Assembly (NCBI GenBank): GCA_051294905.1
Contig: CM119371.1
Coordinates: forward strand, 31,498,001-31,558,000
Length of the DNA: 60,000 bases
Direction of reading: 5' to 3'
Source: Botryllus schlosseri
Lineage: Eukaryota
A program made the position numbers and the translations under genes. Of this stretch, positions 12,101-27,100 are shown piece after piece. The notes beneath the pieces are model-generated. The model did not search any database, was not told the origin of the DNA, and saw nothing but the letters and a program-made list of their open reading frames with translations. Each line of letters opens with the position of its first letter. The first letter of the stretch is position 1.

Positions 12101-15100
12101 ATACAGCTTCCGAAGGCACGCCGTTCCTTCGAAACACGGAAATTCATCATGTCGGCACGAAGTTCCTGAGAACGTAAAGGTTAAGGTAATGATACCATGG
12201 GTGTATGGTAATCTGTACCGAATCTACTGAAATCACCAAATATAATTTGGCTGCTGGCGAGATTTGACATATTGCCATCGGATGTGATCAATGACGCGGT
12301 TGAAGTATCTATCCACTATCTATTCACCCAGGTCCGGTTTTAAAAGACTACTGTGACTATTACTCCGATAATGTTAAAATCCAGCTATTTGATTTTCCAA
12401 TATTCGGACATTGCCTAGTAGTGGAAGGTAAGCCCCCTGTGTATTGTTTGAATCAATCGGCATGACTTTTATTACTTAGATCAGGGAATATATGAAAATG
12501 TTTTACCTATACTCTTACCAATAGATTTCTTCATCAATATGTTTCTAAGGGTGTGTAGTATCATATGTGAAAATCTTGCCGGAAACTTATGAAAAAACGC
12601 CATTCAATTTCGTGAGTTATTTAACAAAAAATCGAAAGAAGTAAGATCTTGTTGGCCCTTAGGAAGGGATGGAACTGTTTTATCGTGATTCTCAATTGAT
12701 TTTTTAACTTTTAAATTTTACTACTGATTCTTCTGCCAATCAATAGTATAGGAAGTTACAAGACCTGCATTATATGCAAGTAACAATAATATTACCCTAA
12801 TTCATTTTCTATTTTGAAAACTTTTTGCACTTCGCGCGGCCAGGGCATAAATGCACACGGAAATTTCATAACATAAATGTTGTCTATTTTGATGTTTAGT
12901 TAGATAAGTCTTGTATCCACCGTTACCTAATTTGGCTAGCTCCTATAGGACGACTAAAAAAGGTCGTTAACTTTCAAGTGCCCGCTCAATTGTTCGTAAA
13001 TTGCATGCGGCCTTTCGGCTGAAGAGGCTGACCGCCCCTGACTAAGATTGTTTTAGCAACCGGTCGAACCAGTAATGTATAAGCGAAATTGAATGTAATT
13101 TCGAGACCCAATCAGGCTACCTTTCTTGTAGCCATTACGTTGGCATGTGTCTGTTGACATTTTGTGGGCTGTAAATAAAAGAAGAATAGAAGTCTGCGTA
13201 GTATTTTACTATATTAAGCGCACAAATAATAAAATATTTCTTGCGTCTTTACGTCTACTCCAAGTAGGCCCAGTGCCTAGCCTCCAACTAGGCCTGATGA
13301 ATAATTTTACGCTCAAACCCACAATGTAGAAAGCACTGTGCGGCGGGATAGGGTATCAATAATGATTGCCACGATTATCTCATTCTGTATACAATACTGG
13401 AAACGAAAATTGTGTGTTCTACCGAATTCCACCGTAACGCAGGCTTCTTATCAGGTCCTAGATTATTGTTAAAACAAGGTTCAAATTTTACACAATACCA
13501 GATGATAGAAATGGGCCTAATACACATATTCATTCGTGAATATATCTTAACAGTATACATGAGGGTATGTTTTCAAGTAACACCTTTTGGGGTGTCGCTA
13601 CGTCACATTCTCGCAAATAAGGCAAACGTCTCCATCAATAAAAAGAAACATGCATCAGGCCTTACCCGCACATATAACTTTCACATACGGTAAGTGGCTC
13701 GGTGGCAGCACGCAGACATCATGTAAGATATAATCAATGTATTCTCGACTCCGACAAAAAGTGACATCGTGGCCGTAGCTTTCGGAATTGTTCCTCCGCG
13801 AAGGCTCATCGGATCCATCCCTAAAAGAAATTGCAATAACGGTCAAGATGATTCCAATCCTTACTAACATTACCAATTTGAAGGTTAACTGTCAATAATT
13901 TTGGTTTAAGATCAAGTTGAATAAAGTTTTCATCATACAATGGTAGTGAAAGTCATATGCCCAGAGCGGGGGAATGGAGTTGAAATATTTGGAGAGGGAC
14001 GCTACTCATTTTGATAGTAATGCGGCAATCTTGAACAACAATTCGGTCTCAGCTCCAGTGTGCTACACAATGGCAATAATATCGAAAATTCAAATTGATT
14101 TCAAACGACCACATTGCGCCGTGTCATCTATATCTGAGGTTTGGAAACTGGGGTCAACGGACACTTTAAGGTCCGGGATCTAGTTTTAGAGCGACCGAGA
14201 AAGAGCAATGCTGTCCCGTGGGACCGTGAATTAGTTCTTCGATATGACCGGACGGGAGTAGCAGTTGCGATCAATAACGAACTGCTGTCAAGTGTTTCTT
14301 ACTGACTGCTATAATCCAGTCTCAAAAGTTTTCCTGTTGTGTGTATTGAAGATGAAGATCACCAATCTCGCCTAAAACATATCATCGGTGCCAATCTGGA
14401 CTTGGTGCGCGGGCCTAATTCAAAATTTTTGATCGCTAGTGGACCCTCCCCGCTTACTGAACGCCATGTGGAAGTGGATTTCTGTACTGCTCAGATCTTC
14501 AACCGAATTTGAAGTGGATGAACACATATCCGAATATAGTGTGATACATAGTGGTTCTCAACCTTTTTGGCTGCGCAGACCCCTTTGGACCGTCACGGAG
14601 CCCCGCGGACCCCTCAAGTTTTAGTTCAAATTTAGCTCTATTTTCGTGAAACCGTCATCTTTCCTATGCAAATATTACCTCTAGGCTAGTGATAGACAGA
14701 ATTTAAATGACGTTTCTTGAAATGACCATCCTACTATATTTATGTAGAAATTGAGAAGACGATTATTATTTCAACGCGAATTAGGTGGCTGTATTTCATG
14801 AAATAAACTGTCGTGTCTCGAAAATCCGCGCCGTCGATTTGACATGAACGAGTGCCGTAAATCCATAAACTTCCACAAAGATAGGTCGTGGCGAATGTAA
14901 TAATAACGCGTAACGTTTTCGAGTACACCATTGGGCCTGATGGCAACATACATGGCACCAATATAACGCCCAGCCTAGTCATTTCTATATAGCAGCTCAT
15001 ATTGAAGTTATTCTGGAATAGCGATTATGTATATCACAGAAGAAAATGGATTTTTTTGCAAGCGAATTTATTCAAAGAACAACAACAAAACATCTCAAAA

Positions 15101-18100
15101 CAGCAAAATGTTTGTATCAGTAGGCTATTGGCATATTGGCAATTAAAATGACCTTACATAGTGGGCAATTTCATCTCGGACTTCGAGATTTCTCTAATTA
15201 AAAAAATAATAATTTGGTTATCGTTCATTTTTCAAATTTGGAAGCTTCGAGGACCCACTGAAATTGCTTCGCTGATCCCTGACCCCTCACAGCAGCGTCG
15301 TGGACGCTTGTATACACAAATCCACATAGATGAAAATATCACTTAAGAATCACCTATTATGAACGCTGCTCATTCAAATCATATACTGATACATCGCATA
15401 CAAATCGTATACTTACAGGCAGTCGGCTTGTCTATTGCAATAAACGCTTCCTGCAACACACTTGGAGCCATCAGAACAAGGGAATTCGCTTGATGAACAC
15501 GATGAACCTAAGAATGGAACGATTTTGTCTGGATGCTCCATAAACACGGCATTTCAACCATGTCAAATTTTCCTTTGAGAAGCAATATTGCATCGCAATT
15601 TATATCAGTGGTGCATACATGCATATATACATTCACGCTGCCAGCTCGATGCTCTACGGTTATGATGACATTCGTTCCAATTGTGGAGATCCGGGGATAC
15701 GGTAATAAAGTGTTAAAGCGGCCACTATTAAGATATACACGTCTGTAAGAGAGATGGGCTAGGTTGGGGGAGAGATAGCGACTGACAGACAGTGTTATGT
15801 GATCAAGTCAATACTGTGAGGTCACGAGTCATTTCGAGCCACTGCAAATTCTGACTCTAGTCAAGTCAAATCTCTACAAATTTTTACAAATAAAGTTGAC
15901 TACAGTTCATCTCATATTTTCAATTGCGAGTCAATTTCAATGCATCAACTATTTCAGATTGTGTTATTTGATTTATTGGGTAGATCCAGATGTATAGTGG
16001 TCTTCACTTCCCCTAACTTGTAAAACTCGGTTCCATGACAAGACTCCTGAAATGCTAAGACGGTATGCGACATGCTCTTAGGGTAGCCTACTCTCAATGT
16101 AAACACTACATGCATATAAATCAATGTATGCTACGTCATTAACTGAAATGCTGCTTGAAGGCGGAAGGCAGTGCAAAATTTAGGCGGACGACAAAACATT
16201 GTCTGAGCGTATGTATTAAGGCCTATATTGCACAATGATGTTCAACTGCACGTAGCTGGTTCAACACAAACGATACTCACTGGACGAACTCCAGCATGCC
16301 TCAAATTTGGAATGATAAAATTAATACCCAGTCAAAAGCAAATAGGGCGGAAGCTGAGGCCATTGCCGAAGATATTTTATCTACGATGACATTGCTGACG
16401 GAATCAGCTATATTCAAAACTTAAGTGGGAATGCACTTCAATAAATTATGGATTTCTGTTGATGCATGTCATCAAAATTTGATGACTTAAAAATTGATCT
16501 GAAAATCTGTTTCCGAGTCAAAAGTCATTTCATATTTATCACACGTCAATCCGAACAACGTCAAGTCATTATAGAACAGTCGTTCAGGTGAAGCCAAGTC
16601 TTTCAATGACGGTGACTTAAGTCATCCAAAAACTCCAGTAAGATTGATCACGTGCTGCACACAGTTGTGAATCTTGATACTAGAAGGAAATTTTATTCAG
16701 ACCATGATTTTCTCACCAGAGCATATAATCTCGTATTGTGGCACAAGTCTCGGCGGTAAAACGCAGATGAAAGGTACCGCCCGTCCTCGACAAAACACCG
16801 TATCACGATCATACGATATGTTGGATTTCCTCAGGGGTGGCTCGTCGGATCCATCGCTTAACATTTTTCAATGCATGTAAAGTGAAAGCAATCTTGACGT
16901 CAATATACAACCTATACTTACATGCAATCTGCTTTGCCGTCACAGAAAAATGATAATGGAATGCATTTCGCGCCATCAAAGCATGAAAACTCATAGTCTT
17001 CGCACGATGCACCTTTCAATAGGTGGGGAAAAATCATATCAACAACTATGCGTGCAGGTGGTCACAATATTCAACGATTGATGGATGTAGAATACGATTA
17101 GAAATATTCATTTTTGAACTCTTCAAGACAACGTCAAGTGAATGTACAAAATCCGAGAAGTTAGGAACTCCAAAATGTACGCTTGATCGACCGGTCTCAT
17201 ACCTTTAGCTAGGGTTACCATATTCAGGGAATATGAAAAGAGGACACTTTTTCAAAATTTTCAGACTTACAATACCGGAAAAATATCAGGAATACTTGGT
17301 AAATATACTAGAGTTTTAGGTTGATTCACTAAAAAAAATCAACTTGGCGGCTCGACTCCTGAAGTATCCACTTTTCAGTTGGTTTACTGAGAAATAAGGT
17401 CGTCTGTCTGGCTCAACTTCCGAAAGACCCGCAGGACCGTTTATTGAGTGCTGATGTCCTATATCTCAGTCCGATTTTCACATACATTTCACCAAATTTT
17501 TCAAAAAAGAGGACAAAATCTCAAAAAAGAGGACCTTTGGGCGTCCTCCGGGGACACTTTCAAAATAGTAAAAAAGAGGACAAATCCTGGTAAAAGAGCA
17601 CGTATGGTAACCCCTGCCGCTGACCGATATATAGAGGTGGTTTATTTCAAAACTGCGGTGGCATCTTCGCAAGGCCAATGACTAATAGGTAATAACTCTA
17701 TGATGATGTTTATTTTCGACAATATGTCATGTTTTTGTGATTTGGGGGCTCTTTCACCTATTTATCATGATAACTTCAGTCATAGAAATAGTGGAATAGT
17801 CCCAAAACAACTTTCGACTTTTTGAATTACTGAGTACCAAAATTAATTCGTTTAGCCTCAAAACTTTAAAGTCGAAAATAAATTAGCCCAAAACATATCC
17901 ACTTAAGTGCGTTGGGAAACTACAGGCAAACGTAATTTGTTATTGCCCACCTCAGGAAATAATAGGAACCACAATATAAGTACCAAATGTGAAGTGTTGT
18001 CATAGATTGCGCAGCACAGAATTTTCAAAACACACAGTACAGAAGTGTAAAAGCTTCTGAATGATGCCGAATATCACGCACCGTCGTCACACGAGAGGCG

Positions 18101-21100
18101 ATCAGTAACGAAGTATGATACGTTAGCTTTTTGCGGAACACTGCTGCAAGATTCGCCTGTTTGCCATACGTAATCAAGTCACTACTACTTCAAATTAAAC
18201 TCTACAGTTGTTTCGAGAGTATGTTGTACAGAGAAAAGTATATTTTAAATATGTTTGCAGCAGTTTTATGAGCCAAGTTATCTGTCAACTTTTTGGCATA
18301 TAATTGTTATCGGAATACCTATATATATTTTCGATAATTCCTCCGTTAAAGTTATCCATCATTGAAAGTGAGTGAAAATCTACGATATTATTGGTACTTC
18401 TGCTTCAATAGCGACGTTGACTGTACTCAGAAAACCTCTCACATCACGATAAAGTTCCAAAGCAATTGAAATCCCGTAGAAAAGTTCACTAAATATTGTA
18501 ATTGATATGAACATTGATTGAAGTAATCGATATCAATTCGTCATTGTATGGGAGAGCTGACGAGACCCAATTAAATATTGCTTGACCCAAGTCTCACCGC
18601 CGCAAAGTTGACCAGCTTGTGCTTCCAGACTCGATGGTAACAGGCAGATGAATCTTCCGTCTCCGGAGTGATCTTTACCTCGACAAAACGTATCATAGCG
18701 ACTGTATGATGCGCTATAGTTTCTCAATGGTGGTTCGTCGGACCCATCACTTAAAATTTTTAAAATATTGATGTTATAGTTATTCGTGTGCAGTTCGGTG
18801 CTTGTGATTATGAAGTGGGGATTGTGCAAATCTCAAAATCGTGCAAATTCTTGTGAACATTATCTCTCATTATCAGACGATATTCTTCCAGCTCAAGAAG
18901 CACACAGCTAAAGCAAAGGCAGCATAGAAATATGCCGACTGATGTCGTCTTAAACAGCCAATTCTGTAGCGGCTTAGAATTGTGTTCAATCCTCCGATAA
19001 TGTTATTTTCGTCATACATAGGCTAGGTATAAAATATTTCTATTACTTTGGAACACAAAGTTCTGAATTTGATGAGAACATATCAGCTACATTGGACATG
19101 TGCGACCGCATACTAAGGTGAATTTGACACCCCTGGACGACACTGTGGAGTCTATGTATTCCCGATGTCAGGTCAATACCGAGAATGCCATTACCGAGAC
19201 ACCGCCGAGAATGAACATTACCGAGAATGGACACCACAGAGAATGGAGATTACCGAGAATGGACACCACCGAGAATGGACACCACCGAGAATGGATACCA
19301 CCGAGAATGGACATTGCCGAGAATGGATACCACCGAGAATGGACATTGCCGAGAATGGACACCACCGAGAATGGACACCACCGAGAATGGATACCACCGA
19401 GAATGGACATTGCCGAGAATGGATACCACCGAGAATGGACATTGCCGAGAATGTCATGTATTCAATGCAGGCATGCCATGCATATGTACAGTAGGGCTCC
19501 CCAAAAATGACTTTTTATTTCTCAAATCGCACTGGCTACTTGATAAAATTGTTAGGATACCTAATTTAAGCCTACACACCAAATTTGGTTCAATTCCAAC
19601 CAGTAGCCGCATTGCTACAGGAGAAGAAAGTTTCTATTCATTATATAAAAATAAATAACCGAAAATTTGAAAATTTTCTGTTCACCCCATGAAAGTGTTA
19701 GGTTGTCTATAGAAACGATGTTCACCAAATTTGGTTCGATTCCAACCAGTGGAAGCGAAGTTATCGCGTCGAAAATTTTGGATTATGAATAAAATAGTAT
19801 TTACGGTGACCAATTCTTTAATTATTTATTATACTGGTGCCCACCGTGAATACTATTTTATTCAAATTCGAATTTTTCGACGGCAATAACTCCGCTTGTA
19901 CTGGTTGGGATTCAACCAAATTTTTTGATGTAAACGATGGATGTAAATTACGGTACGTAGATACGGTTATGAATATCTATCTTAATGGAGAAGAAAACTG
20001 CCAAGACGGCCTAACCTGCAATCCTGATATCCATTACAAAACATCCAGTTTTGAATACACCTGGAGCCATCCGAACACATAAACTCGTCTCTTTGGCACG
20101 ACGAACCTAGATCGAATTGGACAAATGCAGTTACAGATAAAGTTACCCCTGGAGGTTCTTCGTCCAATAACTAATAATAATAATAATCCATCACCAGTGA
20201 CAGAAAACGACCAAGTAAAACTTCTGTGGGGTGTGTCAGTTATAACTGACCACGAAATCAGGAGCAACCGCACGGACATGATAATCAAATTTAAAAAATA
20301 AAAGATAGTGCTTATTCATTGAACTAGGCGTCCCAGCTGATCAAAACATACAACAAAAGGGATCAGAAAAAAAAATCAAAATACGCAGACCTTAAATGGA
20401 ATGTGAAAAAATGTGGCGACGCAAAATAAACATTGACCCGATAGTCATTGGCACTAAAGAAGTTGTGAGAAAAAAACCCACGAAACATATCCAACAGATT
20501 CCGTTCGATTCGACATCATCCAAAATATCTCGTTATTGAGCACTGTGCATATTCTTCCGAAGGCCTTGAATGCACCACTGAACTAAAATTACACTTGTGC
20601 GCGCAAACCACAGCATAACTTCTGCAATTTCGCTTCTTCATTTGCAATCATCTTTGCCTCTGCTCTGCAACCCTTGCACCTTTTTTATCTACTGCAATTC
20701 CGTAATCTGACATCTTAATGTATTGCATAGGAATACCAATTTGATTGTATTATTGATGTTTTAAAAATATAATCCAATCACGCCATTTTTCTTTGGGGGC
20801 AGGTTGCACCCTGGAATATGAGTGTATATACCATTTACCAGTTTGACTATGAATAAAGAATACAATAACAATAACCTCTGGATGTAATTTCTACATTGTA
20901 CGGTTTTTCATGGTACAATATTTGGCGCCTATTCAGTTCATGTGGGCCATAATAATGAATGCTCTTTTCTTTTGGTTAGCTTTGTGGATAATTTCATGCC
21001 CCCCCCATCCACGCACGATTATTCTCTCTCGCTTCCATGTGCTCATGTCAGTGTCTTTTGCTTCCGATTTTCGAACCTCCACTTCGCTTGCTTCATATGG

Positions 21101-24100
21101 GTTTCTTGTACGACACCGCATTTGCAGGTAGGTCAGCGATGAGGAGCCCACATAAACCTTCGACACACTTGCCCAAACCAGGGTTCGAACGAACTAACTT
21201 CCATTGTTTTCATATCGTATGCTATTGTACGGAGTGTATCTAAGCAATAAGGGCGCTAAGCAAAAAAAAAAAAACAATCCGAACAGTAATACCTTGTAAC
21301 GTAAAAGGGAAATTTATATAACCGTTCACCTCCTACGCTTGGATTTAAATCGATAAAATAGAGGATTTCTGGGTTGAAATGTAACGCTGCTCTAGATATT
21401 ACAATCACCTTACAATCCACCAATTCGAGCTTGCTTTTTGTTCAAGGTTAAATCTATACCACGAAATATATATTATGTTCAACCAGTCATAGTCTCGTAT
21501 CTTGCATCTAAGAAAAGCAACCGTGTCATTAAATGCATTGTACTAAATTATTCTGCTGATTTCGATTTGTTTTTAATTACCACCATCACGTAGTTAATTG
21601 CGCGTAAATATCATCACCGGTTTGTCCCAACGGGTAAATCACGCACAAGGGGGACATCGAAATGTCTTTGATGGACTCTACAGGCTCATAGCAGACTCTT
21701 TTGTTTCAATAGAAAAGACCATACCTTCACAAAGATCATCTTGAAGCGTCGCTAGATGAGTTGGCAGCTCGCATATTGAACGCACATCAAGACCGCCGTA
21801 GCGAAGACTTCTTTGTCGGCAAAAGCTGATGTTTGGTCCGTAATCAATACTGGAGTTTCTCAATGGTGGTTCGTCGGACGCATCACTATAGAATACAAGG
21901 TATGGAAACTGTATTCATGATTGTGGCCTGTGATATCAATAAAATTATATCACATCGTCCAATACAACGTGTTACATATCATAAGTATAACTTGACATAT
22001 TATGGGTATAATTTGTGGATTCACCTAAACCAGGGACGGACAACATACGGCCCGCGAAGGGATTTTGGCCGGCCCGATGAGAGTTTCTACCCTGAAGGTG
22101 AAATTATATTTTAAAAGTATTGACAAATTTTATGCGTCACAGAATGAATCCAAGTTTGCCAATCTGAGAAAGATGGACATGTAACTATACTTGACCTGTG
22201 TCCTACTTGTCCTTTATAATGTACATATATTTACGACCATGAACATTAACGAGACAAGGCTGCGTTCCAATAAAACTGATGTTCACGTGCAGTCTTTACT
22301 AAAAGTTTCTTCATACGACATACAGCCAGAGGTCAGAAAACTTGTTGACAACTCTGACCGACCACAGATGTATGATTGACTTGAACAGCTACTGTTAATC
22401 AATTCAATAGATACTGTGTTTGGTCTCTCTGCTTTAAACTTAAAGTTTACATGAAATACGATGTATTCCTTGCATAGGTGGATAACTACGCGATTAATGT
22501 ATATATTCTGTAAGCCATCCCGCCAACTGCTTTATTTTCTTATGTCCGGTTCGCCTACCGGAGAAGTTGCCTGCCCCTGACCTAAACAATAAATGAGTAG
22601 GCGTATGATTTGAATATCTTTTTCCGAAAAGGTTAGTATTTTTTACGACATTGTGAGGTATGTTAACTAACGTTCTTAATGGAGAATTTTAGTTAATTTT
22701 GCGTAAGGTGGCTTCATTTCACTGGCTCAACGGTGTAGGATACAGACACGTGAATAACTTAAAAACGTCATACACCTGGGGTAAGTGTAACAGCAAATAT
22801 GAGATAGTCAAACTCGCCAATTCTGGTATCAATCTGCAGGCGCGTGATGTGGGGGAAAACGAAGACATTTGATCAACAGTGTATGTACGCATTCAGACTA
22901 TTTTGTACAACAAGCTGACTTTTGGCAAAGAATTTTGAAAATCCCCCGTGATATAATATTCAACTTGTATGGTGCCTTTATTTGGGAATGCTAACAGCGA
23001 AAGAACTTGAATATCTGTGTTCGGTTATTTTTCTGAAGAGTGCAATAATAAAACGAAGTCTTAAAAACTGTCCAAGAATAACACTTTCTTTTTGTCAAGC
23101 AATAGAAACAACATATTTAGAGTCCACGCTAATGTAATTGAAGTTATAACTTATAACAGTGCCTGATTTGCCAACACCGAAATAATTTGAACGAGTTTTT
23201 GTTTGTTTGTTTGCATGCGGTATTCATGGCGTTTGTCTACTACAACGGTCATGTACACCAAGCCCATATTTCTTATTTTTTGCATCCATAGCTGTCAGAC
23301 TTGTAGAATGGCCTAATTCTAGGCTTCTTTTGAGACACCGCATACGCGGTTGAGATGACGAGGAGCCTAGATATACCTATAAGACGTTGGTAGGAATCTG
23401 GGGTCGACCTCGGTCGAAATCGCGCCCACAATCTATTGGTGTTGTTGTTGTTTATGGTATTGATGGTGTTTGTCGACTATAATAGTCATTTACGCCACGG
23501 CGATATTCCTTATTTTTAATTCCATTGTAGCACGGTCCAATGCTAGGCTTTTTCAAGACACCGCTTACGCAGATGAGATGGCGAGGAGAAGTCTAGAAAA
23601 AACCTTCTGAAGTTGACCTAGGTCGGACTTGAACCCACAACCCGTTGGTGTTGCAGCTGTCGAATATACCTCTACCCTATCTCGCCATGTCTATCTGTGC
23701 TGTAGCTGCGGATTATACCACTACGATATCTTGCCACACACGAGTTATTGTGCTTGGTTGCGTGTTTTGAATGAGTTGGGTCTAAATTGAACGAGGTTAA
23801 TCTAGATGATGCCATATTATTATTAATACATACCGACAATCATTCTTTCCATCGCAAAATTCCTCACTTGGAAGACAAGCGGAGCCATCGAAACAAGAAT
23901 ATTCCGTCTTCAGGCATGTGGGGTCTGGATGAAATGCAGCATGTAGCCCAATTAATTTAGGCGGAGTATGCGGTAAAGGTAAACAGTAAACACTCTCCCA
24001 ATAGAGATTATTAAAAGCGGATAACTTGGAAAATGGGTGTAATCAATGATTGAGTTAGTGATCAGCCTTCACTTTTTACGTTTGAGTAAAATACCCATGA

Positions 24101-27100
24101 TCCGCTTCCAAATATTATTGAAGTAGTTCTACCACTTTCAAAAGGCGTGACATCTATTGCTTTAAATTGCATGATTGAGTTTCATTGTATCACTAGACCA
24201 GTGGTTCTTAATCTTTTTGTCTTCACTGACCCCATTTTGGGCCGTAACGGACTCCCGCTGACCCCCAATATTTAGTTCAATTTTAGCTGTATTAACGTGC
24301 AACCGTCATCTATCCTGTGTATATATCAACTGTAGGCTAGTGAGAAACAGCATCAAAATGGATATTCTTTAAAATAACATCATAGCCTACTATTTATGTA
24401 AAAATTCAGAAGACTTTTACTATCTCAAATCGAATTCTCTAGATTAATGTTTTGAAATCCACGGTCGTATCTTGAAAATCCGCGTCGATTATTTGATATG
24501 TACGAGTGACTAAAATACATTTCTTCAAAGATAGGTGGCGGTGGCAAATGTATTATTAACGCGCAACGCTTCCGTTGAGACCATTGGGTAGGATCGCAAC
24601 CGTAACTTACATGATATCAAAATTGAGAAACGTTTTTTGTGAACATGTAACGTCCAGCATAGTCATTTTATCTAGCTGCTTATCTTCAACAGACTTGGAG
24701 AACTAGAAAATTCTAGTTGTCTAATTTCACTAAATTAGAGCGAAATGCCAGTAATCTAATTCTAATCTAATTTGCGAAATGTTTCTATGCTCTAATTCGA
24801 ATTCTAATCTAATTTGTGAAATGTTCCTAGGCTCTAATTTTAATTCGAATCTAATTTATTGTTTTCCTGAAAATGACTGTTTTCCGCTGCATTTTGCAGC
24901 GAGTTAACAAGTACTTCCATATCGCGCAGGGAAATCTAGTGACAAGCCGCCATCGCATTACTTACACCGTACGGTCATAGTAGGTATACTGCGACGAATG
25001 ATAGCAATACTGGCATAGTAGCTTGTTGTATGCGAACAACATTCTAGTTTCGATCACAAACAGAACAGCAGCAAAGAAAGAGAGATAGCTATCACAGGCT
25101 TGTTTACATTCATGACTTCAACTACACCAACAAAAAAGAGGATGATTATTTCGGAGTATGATGTGGAAATATATTTCGCCACACAGAGTGAGAGCATGGA
25201 CCATGATGTTTTGAGTTACTGGGAAAGAGAAACTCGTTTTCCTCGTCTCAAGACTGCTGCTGCCCGAGAACTCGTAGCCATGACTAATGACTAGAGCCCG
25301 ACCGATTATCGGCTCGCCGATAATATCGAGTCGATATCACGCTTGGAGAGAAATATCGGTATCGGCCATTGAAGGTAGAAAAATATCGGTCATTTTCGTG
25401 ACGTCACAACATGGTGGCAGGGAGTCAGAGAAGTCGATAGAAGACGTGAGGACGGTAAATTATAAAAATAAATGGCCAAGCTGCATATAATGCATACTGC
25501 ATACAGGCAGTAGGCGTGCCTAACTGCCTATCTGAAAAATGTTGTAGATAACTAACCACTGTCATGCCCCACTGACTTCGTGGGAATCCCCCTGCAGTAA
25601 TCGAGTACCATGAAGACAGAGTGCAGCTGGATGGATAGTTGTCTGCAGAAGATTTCAATCAGTAAGACAAATGAGAACTTCAATCATGCTGGACCGACCC
25701 TCGTGATGACAGAGAAAAGCGTCACGTCGAAACATTTCTCTGAAGATAGTGCTATTGGTTCGGTACCAAGACCAACAGAGCTAATTATACCAGTAATGTA
25801 TGAAGCCGTCTGACTGAGGCCTGCGGGGCCACCATGATAGGGAATATATGCGAGCATAGAGGGCAAGAAAATCAAGCAAACGTGGAGTAAAGCCAATAAT
25901 TGATACGGAAACTTTTGATTCCATGATGATCTTGGCCAATTATTATTGATCAATTGATTGTTGAAATGCTGGTCATGGTCAAGGCCTAAGGGGATGGGTG
26001 GAGCAGTTGCAGACGTGGACAATTTGAGTTGTTTTGCTCATTCTCTTCAGCTATTTGTTAATGATGTGCTGAAGGCTCCAGGTGTACTGCCAGAAGAATA
26101 TCAATATTTAGTGAAACCATGAAGGAAAGATCCCCTGCAAGGGAGCGGTGGAACCGAAATGAAGAAAAATTTCCAATTCTTGCTGTGCCACTAACTATGG
26201 TACCAAGTGAAAGACTGCTTACTGTGTTTAGTACTATATACATCATTTATGGAAGACCACAGAAGTTCACTCCTTGGAGAAAGGGCCGAGAAATTGTGCT
26301 TCGTGAACTGTAATCTGCTACTGCTGGATTGGTGCTTTTTTGATATATTTTTATAGCCCCTATATCAGGGGTCACCAACAGGCGTTTCGCGGGCCGCATG
26401 CGGCCCGCGAGGTCATATTTTGCGGCCCTTTACTTGATTTGAGATTTCGGAAGAATGCTTAGAAAAGCATTTTGAAATGTTGAATTTGATTACAGTTTCA
26501 ACATATTGTTTTTGTTTCAAAATAAAGTGTTCTCCTGTGCCCAACATCACTATTCCTCACTAACCGAAACGGCTTTAGCGATGGCATCTATTGGCAACAG
26601 CATTCCATCGAGGGAAAATCAGCTGATATGAATGGGCTGGGGATATTGCCTTGACGTGCAATGGCCTAGACACTGATGCGTAGAAAATGGCTTGTTTTAG
26701 GGCTTTTTCGCCTTAAAATCAAGCTTTACGTTGAGTTGCTATTTCATGTAGTTAGGTCTCTCGCTAGCCCCAATATCGATTCCATAGTAACGGAAAAGCG
26801 TTGCGAGATATCGTGCACAACTCAAAATTCAGAATAAAATAAAATTGTTTATCATGTTTTTTGTTGTATTTGTATTCCCTTGATAAAATATTACTCCTTA
26901 TATGGTAACTATTTGCACATCGCCTATGTAAGAGAACACTGCGTTGTATTAACGTAAAACTTTAAATCGTGGTTGCTAAGCTGTGTAGCCTATTTTATAT
27001 TGATATTGAATTTATGCGGCCCGCGACCGCTACCAAATTTGAAAAGTGGCCCGCGACCCTTTTTGAGTTGGCGACCCCTGCCCTATATCATATATTTCAT

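Noticed and set aside
19100..19658. Overlapping repetitive ORFs (ENGHHREW, MDTTENG) and a CRISPR-like look
   Set aside because: Head-to-tail 16-17 bp minisatellite without unique spacers; eukaryotic context, no cas genes; ORFs are a by-product
20540..21030. Possible decayed piggyBac transposase C-terminal fragment on minus strand
   Set aside because: Only scattered Cys and weak motifs with stops; no termini identified
23600..23690. tRNA gene
   Set aside because: A and B boxes present but no cloverleaf; attached to a repeated core, so treated as SINE
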